Positions 36,121 through 42,174 of a stretch of DNA of 42,174 nucleotides are shown piece by piece. The stretch is from a virus. The stretch lies in IMG/VR virus record IMGVR_UViG_3300045988_054358, one strand, 5' to 3'. Positions within the stretch are counted from its first letter, which is position 1, and each line of letters begins with the position of its first letter. The notes under the pieces were generated by a model. The model saw only the letters and a program-made list of their open reading frames with translations, was not told the DNA's origin and did no database searches. The position numbers were made by a program, and so were the translations under genes.

Positions 36121-36124
36121 TTAA

Positions 36125-36337
36125 TTATCCCCTATGAATACAAGACTCAATCTTAGAGTCCTCATTATTCTCAGATTGTTTCTTATACATATCTTCTAAT
36201 CTTGAGAGAACATATTGGATACCCCTAAGGGTATCTATAGAATACTTATATATTCCTGTATCATAATATCTTTCAAAGATAAGTTTTCTTATATCTAACT
36301 CTTCTTTAAGATCATCTAAAGTATCTTTAGTAATCAC
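36125..36337 (-). CDS. hypothetical protein
   Basis: 70-aa ORF directly downstream of the exonuclease. Confidence 0.35.
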   Translation of the reverse strand: MITKDTLDDLKEELDIRKLIFERYYDTGIYKYSIDTLRGIQYVLSRLEDMYKKQSENNEDSKIESCIHRG

Positions 36338-37185
36338 TTTTGTTCTTCCCGAAATGTGTCACCGAAAGGTAACTTGTTATATGTGTGACTTATCTTTGTG
36401 AAGTCCTCAAAGGTAGGCTTAGGAAGCGTCTTATGAGACAAGTCATCAGTAGCATGAAGAAGATAAGCCATATTAAAATTAGCTAATGCGTCTTCTTCAG
36501 TTAACCCTGCTTTCTTGAATTTCTCTACTACAATATTAGTCCATAATAAACTAATATCCGTATTATTAGTATCAATTAGTTTCTGAGCTGTTACAGGTCC
36601 AATCTTAGGACAACCCTTATAGTTATCTGCTGTGTCTCCTGTTAATACCTGCTTTAATAGGTTCTTATATGCAGTCTTTTCATCAGTATACCCAAGAGTA
36701 TCCTGCATGAAATTATAGAAGAAACTACAAGGGACTGTTTTGAAATCCTTATCCCCAGAGATAATCACAGTGTTATTCTTAAGGCACGTAGAGATTACCG
36801 AGATAATATCGTCACCCTCTAAGTCGCCATAAGAAACACTATTGTAATTCTCTTTGATATACTCAACTAATCCTTTATAACAAGTGGGTTTTCTATGGGA
36901 TATTCTCTGAGCTTTATATTCAGGATTTAATTTCTTTCTGTAATTCTCTGATGAACTAAAACAGAATACAATATTGTCCCAATCTAATTTCTCAGGTCTA
37001 TTCCATTTTAAATCCAAGGCACTGTGGATCTCACCCAATAACTGCTTGAGATAATCCACAGCATCATTGAGAAAAGCATGACACGTCCAAAGGCCATCAC
37101 CCCAGTCAATGTCTTTTTGAACTGCTGAAGAACATACATAGGCAATAATATCCCCATCAATTAGAATCTTCATAGCTTTCTTCAC
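36334..37185 (-). CDS. 5'-3' exonuclease (T7 gp6-like, FEN/PIN family)
   Basis: 283 aa. N-terminal KILIDGD..AY, DKDF..., GD..DNY.G fits a 5' nuclease. Follows the DNA polymerase. Confidence 0.7.
   Translation of the reverse strand: MKKAMKILIDGDIIAYVCSSAVQKDIDWGDGLWTCHAFLNDAVDYLKQLLGEIHSALDLKWNRPEKLDWDNIVFCFSSSENYRKKLNPEYKAQRISHRKPTCYKGLVEYIKENYNSVSYGDLEGDDIISVISTCLKNNTVIISGDKDFKTVPCSFFYNFMQDTLGYTDEKTAYKNLLKQVLTGDTADNYKGCPKIGPVTAQKLIDTNNTDISLLWTNIVVEKFKKAGLTEEDALANFNMAYLLHATDDLSHKTLPKPTFEDFTKISHTYNKLPFGDTFREEQK
36346..36370 (-). promoter_or_regulatory. divergent phage-promoter-like sequence (CCTTTCGGTGACACATTTCGGGAAGAAC)
   Basis: Shares the ACACATTTCGG core with the consensus. The upstream recognition region differs. 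Confidence 0.3.
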
Positions 37186-37372
37186 CCTCCCACCAATGCT
37201 CCTCTTCTACCTTGTAGCCAAGTTTCTCAAGAAGCTCCGTATAACATTCTTCAGGAGTAAACCTAACGGCAGTATAGATAGGTTCATCATCAAGTACGGC
37301 TGTAAGATGAAACGTAGGATCATCATCTTCTGTAGGTGTATAGTGATCCCAAAATAATTTAAGATTTTTCAT
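37157..37372 (-). CDS. small acidic, Trp-rich protein (gene 5.5-5.9 position)
   Basis: 71 aa, with a very acidic C-terminus (EEEHWWEGEESYEDSN). Confidence 0.35.
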   Translation of the reverse strand: MKNLKLFWDHYTPTEDDDPTFHLTAVLDDEPIYTAVRFTPEECYTELLEKLGYKVEEEHWWEGEESYEDSN

Positions 37373-37381
37373 ATTAACTCC

Positions 37382-39298
37382 TTAATGACATTCTGACCAA
37401 TTTTGACCAATGATTCCCTCAGTGTCCAATTGGGCTCTAAAATTAAATTCCTTTTGGACTTGCCTCATAGATTCCTGAGCAATTCTTACACAGTCATCTG
37501 CAATTTCCTTAGTACGACAAGCATAGGCCCCCTCATCGTGAATCCAGGCCATTAAACAGAAGTCCCCATCCCATCCATGTTTATACCCAGCTTTCCTCAT
37601 GTTCTCTTCCCATCTGACCATCCACAGTTTACAAATAAGTGCACCTGCGGATTGCAAGACGGTATTCAATGCGGAATGCCCTGAGCGAACATAGACAGGG
37701 CGCCCATCGAGACCAACAATACAGTGACTGTAGTCTAGGCCATTCCTGATGCGCTTCTTCCATGTTACCTTATTGATCCCTCCAATCCACACCGAGGATG
37801 CAATAAGGGAATTCTCAATGCCATCCCTTAAGGTTTTAATTGCAGGTACAGCCTTAAGGAACTTCTCTCTGAGTCTCTTTCCTTCAGCTTTATCTTTACC
37901 TACGATCTGTCCAATCTTTTCGTCCCCTGCTCCATAAAGGAATCCATAGATAAACGTCTTAGCGTTATCTCTAGTAGGTAACCCAGCGGCTTTCTGATTG
38001 GCAGTGTGGATGTCACCATTTAGGATTTCATGAAGATAAGCCCCATTGTCATAGGGGTAGAGGAAATGACTAAAACAGCGCAACTCAAGACCACTAGCGT
38101 CCACACCAACCTCGTACCAACCTTCTGGAGCCTTGAATAGGCTTCTACATTCCATCCCATACGGAGAATGTCCTGAAGGCACTTGTGCAACATTAGGATA
38201 GCTATGAGTAGCTCTACCAGTGACAGCCCCATTAGGGTTAACACTACCATGGATCCTAGTAATTCCATCTTTATCATCCTTCATCATCTTTAGCCAAGCG
38301 TAATCCCCCTCGGCTAACTGAGATATTCTCTTTTGGATCAAAAGGTATTCCAAGAGCATAGCCTTCTCAGGAATATCAGGAGCATCCTTAAGAGTCTCTT
38401 CATTAACTTGAGGTTTCCCACCAGCAGTAAACACTGTTGGCTCCCATCCACGCTCCTTCAATACCTTAGCTATATGATCTCTTGAAGAAGGATTAAAGGT
38501 TTCTTCTTTATAGATAGGGTAAGTCTTCCCTGCAATGATACCCCTCTTAGCGTTGTCTCTCTTATAAGTCTTATAGCCCATGAGTCTCTTCCAAGAACCA
38601 AAAGACTTTACAAGAGCTTCCATAAGAACCTGTCGTCTTTCTGAAAGTTTAGCATAGAGTTCTACTGCTTTGTCTTTATCAAAACAGAATCCATTGCGTT
38701 CCTGTTTAGCCATTAACCAAGCAATATTATGTTCTAACTCAATAGCCATCAGGGGGAACTTCTTAGAGATTAACTTGTCGAAAAGCATAGAGGTAACTTT
38801 AACGTCCTGCTTACAGTAGACAAGCATATCCTCATTAAATTCCTTCCATGCCTCTTCTTGTTCACCATAGGTACCCTTAAGCTCCCCTAAGCGATAACCC
38901 CAAGCCTTCAGAGAATGACTCCCCATGAGTTTCTTAGGGAAGTCTTTACGCTTAGAGTCTCTTTCAAGCATCTCAGGATAGATCAATCGAGCCATCACTA
39001 AGGTATCAATAACTTGCTCTTTAGGGTCTACCTTGAAGCGTTTCTTATTGAGCAACTTTAAGCAGGGTAAGTCAAACTTGACTATATTATGTCCTACTAT
39101 GACATATCCTTTTCCAAGAGCTTCGTCCAAATAATCAAATAATATAGAAGAATCCCTAAAAGGTATATAGGTATCTGCATCAGCGCAATAAACCCAACCA
39201 CAATGAAGCCGAGAAACAGAGTCAAGAAGACCATCGGTTTCAATATCAAATACAAGATACTTTTTCTGAGAAATTCTCTCATATAAATCCTTAATCAT
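37382..39298 (-). CDS. DNA polymerase (T7 gp5-like family A)
   Basis: 638 aa. FDIETDGL exo I motif, NPSSRDHI, GSVNPNGAVTGRATH, RDNAKTFIYGFLYGAG and HDE motifs. No interruption. Confidence 0.95.
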   Translation of the reverse strand: MIKDLYERISQKKYLVFDIETDGLLDSVSRLHCGWVYCADADTYIPFRDSSILFDYLDEALGKGYVIVGHNIVKFDLPCLKLLNKKRFKVDPKEQVIDTLVMARLIYPEMLERDSKRKDFPKKLMGSHSLKAWGYRLGELKGTYGEQEEAWKEFNEDMLVYCKQDVKVTSMLFDKLISKKFPLMAIELEHNIAWLMAKQERNGFCFDKDKAVELYAKLSERRQVLMEALVKSFGSWKRLMGYKTYKRDNAKRGIIAGKTYPIYKEETFNPSSRDHIAKVLKERGWEPTVFTAGGKPQVNEETLKDAPDIPEKAMLLEYLLIQKRISQLAEGDYAWLKMMKDDKDGITRIHGSVNPNGAVTGRATHSYPNVAQVPSGHSPYGMECRSLFKAPEGWYEVGVDASGLELRCFSHFLYPYDNGAYLHEILNGDIHTANQKAAGLPTRDNAKTFIYGFLYGAGDEKIGQIVGKDKAEGKRLREKFLKAVPAIKTLRDGIENSLIASSVWIGGINKVTWKKRIRNGLDYSHCIVGLDGRPVYVRSGHSALNTVLQSAGALICKLWMVRWEENMRKAGYKHGWDGDFCLMAWIHDEGAYACRTKEIADDCVRIAQESMRQVQKEFNFRAQLDTEGIIGQNWSECH

Positions 39299-39300
39299 GG

Positions 39301-39343
39301 TTAGAAATCCTTAGTTTCTTAGTTAGAAATCCTTAGTTTCTTC
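39301..39343. repeat. tandem 22-bp duplication (TTAGAAATCCTTAGTTTCTT x2) straddling the primase stop and the DNAP ribosome-binding site
   Basis: Read directly from the sequence. Confidence 0.8.
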
Positions 39344-40981
39344 TTTAGAGAAATCTTCACTAATAGAATCCTCACTAGTAAAGTCTCTCAGTCTACCCGT
39401 CTCAGGGACATACTCAAGATAACCACTAACACCAGTTTCGCCACTAAAACGATTCTTGAGGATTCTCAAAGTTAAGATATTAGGGGTATCCCCTTGTTGG
39501 TTTCTCTCAAGACCAATCACCATATCAGAGAGCTGTGCAATAGCTCCTGAGCCTCTAAGTTGGCTTAAAGAAACCTGAGCACCTTCTTCATGACCCTTCT
39601 TCTCAGGTCTCTTAAGATGAGAGATTACAAACATACGACATTGAGTTTCTTCTACAAGAGACCTCAAGTTAGTCATAAGTTTATCAATGGCTTTTCTCTC
39701 TCCACCATCACCATCGGTATCCATTCCTGAGACCACAATAGAGATATGATCCAAGAAAATATTACGACACCCAATGGCCTTAATCATGTACCTAAGTTTA
39801 CTAAGGAGATTACCTGAATCAAGAGAACCAAAGTGGTCGTACAGAAAGAAGTTCCCATTACCCACAGTGTGATCAAATGCCCCCTTAAGTTCTTCTTGAG
39901 ATAACCCCTCAGAACCTAAAATGAGTCTCTTGTTGAGATCAATTGACATGAGTTCAAGCCCTGTCTTTCTAGTGCTCTCCTCAAGGGCAACTACGCCACA
40001 GATCTCCCCTTTGGTAACCCCAAAGTAATATTCCAGTTCCCTGAGCAGTGTGCTTTTACCCATACCGCTACCACTAGTGAGCGTAATGAGTTCACCATAA
40101 CCGACACCCCTTGTTTTTGCATTTAAGGCTTCCCACGGGTATTCTTCTCTATTGGCGAACTCAGAAATATGAAGCACGCAATCATCAAATAAATCGCTAC
40201 CGCAAACAATACCATCAGGGCGATATATTTTAGCATTCCAAATAGCCTTAATAACTTCTGAAGATTTACCCTCTTTAAGACACTCATTGGGATCCTTAAA
40301 GGGTAATGTAGCAATATAAGCCTTCCCCACAGGTAATACCTTAGCGGCCTCTTCAGCTCCCTTTCTTCCAGCATCATCCATGTCAAACATGATGATAACT
40401 TTATCGAAGCTTGAGAGATATTCAAGGTTATCCTCAAAGGCTTTCTTAGCCGCCTGAGCCCCATTAGGGATACTAACAACAGGCCATTGATTGTTCTGAA
40501 GTTGACTAACAGTAAGACAATCAATCTCACCCTCAGTGACTACAATCATCTTACCCCCTGATCCCCACAGCTGAGAACCAAAGAGTTGCCCTGAGACTTT
40601 ACCAAAGATAGTAAAAGTCTTGTCTGCGAATCTAAACTTCTGTCCTACTACACTACCTGTATCGTCACAATAACAGGCTACCTGTACTGCCTTACCTTTG
40701 TATTTACCAATGTAATATTTGTATTTACGACAAGTATCCTCATTGAGTCCACGTGTCTTGATAGCTCTAAATTCCCCTTCAAGTTCTTCCATAGGGATGC
40801 ATTCTTTACTCATCTTTTTAATACTCCTAGTATTCGAGACTTCCCCTGAGGGTTTAAAGTATTTATTACAAGAAAAACAAAACCCATGTCCATCATCATA
40901 GATCCCACAGGCATCTGAGGAACCACAATTAGGACAGGGGCAATGAAAGAGGAATCTAGAGCTATCCATAACTACCACCAA
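39323..40981 (-). CDS. DNA primase/helicase (T7 gp4-like)
   Basis: 552 aa. N-terminal Zn ribbon CPCPNCGSSDACG...CFSCNK, TOPRIM region, Walker A GSGMGKST, Walker B/DEAD-like FLDHIS. Confidence 0.95.
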   Translation of the reverse strand: MVVVMDSSRFLFHCPCPNCGSSDACGIYDDGHGFCFSCNKYFKPSGEVSNTRSIKKMSKECIPMEELEGEFRAIKTRGLNEDTCRKYKYYIGKYKGKAVQVACYCDDTGSVVGQKFRFADKTFTIFGKVSGQLFGSQLWGSGGKMIVVTEGEIDCLTVSQLQNNQWPVVSIPNGAQAAKKAFEDNLEYLSSFDKVIIMFDMDDAGRKGAEEAAKVLPVGKAYIATLPFKDPNECLKEGKSSEVIKAIWNAKIYRPDGIVCGSDLFDDCVLHISEFANREEYPWEALNAKTRGVGYGELITLTSGSGMGKSTLLRELEYYFGVTKGEICGVVALEESTRKTGLELMSIDLNKRLILGSEGLSQEELKGAFDHTVGNGNFFLYDHFGSLDSGNLLSKLRYMIKAIGCRNIFLDHISIVVSGMDTDGDGGERKAIDKLMTNLRSLVEETQCRMFVISHLKRPEKKGHEEGAQVSLSQLRGSGAIAQLSDMVIGLERNQQGDTPNILTLRILKNRFSGETGVSGYLEYVPETGRLRDFTSEDSISEDFSKEETKDF

Positions 40982-41463
40982 GGCATTACATAAAAGTCAA
41001 GAGGCTCCTCCCAATAGAGCATCTTAAGTCGAACATCAGAGAGCATCTTAAGACAGTCATATTTGCTGTATCCGTTGCTTTCGTCAATCCAGTACTCTAG
41101 TTCATAATCTTTGATAGCATCCATGCAGTCTTTAACCATCTTAGGAGTGAGCTTCAAGTAAGAACAATTAAAGTCAGCTTCGTCAGCATTGTACTCATCC
41201 CCTTTGTCTTCACTCAGAACCTCATAGTACCTAGCACCAAAGAAGTCACAAATGAACCAATTCTTACGCCAATAGGCTTCTTCATAAAGGTCATCCGTAG
41301 CGCCATAATTAGTGTAGCACCCAAACTCAGAATCCCAACGCAAGAAAGGATAACTCTTACAAGTACCCTGAGTGTTTACCGAAGCACCCTCAATATAATC
41401 GGGGTTGCTATCATGGTGTTTAGTGGAATAAATAAAGAGATCAAGACCCATTTTTGGCTCCAT
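40972..41463 (-). CDS. hypothetical protein
   Basis: ORF 40972..41550 trimmed to the ATG nearest the thyX stop. Trp/Tyr-rich, no recognisable motifs. Confidence 0.35.
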   Translation of the reverse strand: MEPKMGLDLFIYSTKHHDSNPDYIEGASVNTQGTCKSYPFLRWDSEFGCYTNYGATDDLYEEAYWRKNWFICDFFGARYYEVLSEDKGDEYNADEADFNCSYLKLTPKMVKDCMDAIKDYELEYWIDESNGYSKYDCLKMLSDVRLKMLYWEEPLDFYVMPWW

Positions 41464-42160
41464 GTTCAAACTTGTAACGAGCAGAATACCAACCCTTAAG
41501 ATTGGCATAAGCTTTTTTATCTGAGGAAGAGGCATAGCAGAAGTGCTCAAAGGGTGTCATGTGTCCGCCCTCAATAAGACTCTCTGCAAGCTTAAAGTCA
41601 TCATCAGTAGATGGCGGGGTACCATCATGCTTATTATAACTCACTCTAGCACACCTAGCGGCACTCAGATGGATGATCTTCTCCCACTCCTCACAATAAG
41701 GAGCATGAATGAACCCTACAACAGAATAAACCTTACTCATAGCCTTCTTCATTGCATTCGCAAGGTCTCTCATGTGAGGCTCAGCATCATCAGCCAATCG
41801 GAGCTTAAAGAAGTTATCCCATTCAGTAGCCGTAACAACTACCTTAATGAAACTAAAAGGCTCCAAGAGGCGATTTACGATCTGCTTATGGAGACCCAAA
41901 GATTCAAGCCTCTTAGCATTACTAATAGCCTCCTTACGGGCTAACTTCCAAGCATTCTCATACTGCCCAACCTTAGTAGGATCAGTGATTTCAGCATTGT
42001 TCACCATGCCTTTACTATTCTGCATCCAATGTGTAGGCATTACGGTAGCTTCTTCAATGAGTCTCTTAATGGGAATAGCTCGTGAAGAACTAGCATTACG
42101 GCTAAACATTCGGTGAGTCATAAACTCACTGTGGATAAACCTAGGATAAATAAGCTCCAA
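41441..42160 (-). CDS. thyX: flavin-dependent thymidylate synthase (ThyX)
   Basis: 239 aa. The ThyX signature RHRMFSRNASSSRAIP (RHR-x7-S) and a C-terminal conserved region. Confidence 0.85.
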   Translation of the reverse strand: MELIYPRFIHSEFMTHRMFSRNASSSRAIPIKRLIEEATVMPTHWMQNSKGMVNNAEITDPTKVGQYENAWKLARKEAISNAKRLESLGLHKQIVNRLLEPFSFIKVVVTATEWDNFFKLRLADDAEPHMRDLANAMKKAMSKVYSVVGFIHAPYCEEWEKIIHLSAARCARVSYNKHDGTPPSTDDDFKLAESLIEGGHMTPFEHFCYASSSDKKAYANLKGWYSARYKFEHGAKNGS

Positions 42161-42174
42161 GGTAGTAACCGTAA

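Overview
This window is a complete, circularly permuted genome of a T7-like podophage (Autographiviridae), about 42.0 kb of unique sequence. Bases 1..142 are identical to 42033..42174, an overlap that falls inside a coding region and looks like an assembly or window-construction artifact. Almost every gene is on the minus strand. Read along the minus strand the order is: a genome-end and early-promoter region (about 9.4-10.7 kb); small early genes; a T7-type single-subunit RNA polymerase; SSB; endonuclease I; the lysozyme/amidase; a spanin pair (Rz with embedded Rz1); a tRNA-Arg(UCU); dCTP deaminase; ThyX; primase/helicase; DNA polymerase; exonuclease; gp6.7/7.3-like proteins; portal; scaffold; major capsid; tail tube A and B; internal virion proteins gp13-16; the tail fiber; a second fiber-like protein with a Tfa chaperone; an anaerobic class III ribonucleotide reductase (NrdD) with a small redoxin; a holin-like protein; and the small and large terminase subunits. 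Five copies of a 23-25 bp phage-RNAP promoter (minus-sense consensus ATTAGGTTACACATTTCGGAGAAGA) sit before gene blocks. The most striking result is that three essential late genes (major capsid, portal, terminase large subunit) are each interrupted by a related self-splicing group I intron. I can read the conserved P, Q, R and S core elements in all three, each 5' splice site follows a U, each intron ends in G, and the rejoined exons restore uninterrupted T7-like protein sequence. Each intron carries a different endonuclease-type ORF: LAGLIDADG in capsid, HNH in portal, and one of unknown family in terminase. Other notable content is nucleotide-metabolism cargo (NrdD, ThyX, Dcd), the phage-encoded tRNA, repeated early 5'-UTR hairpin elements that look like RNase III sites, and the terminal-region repeat architecture.
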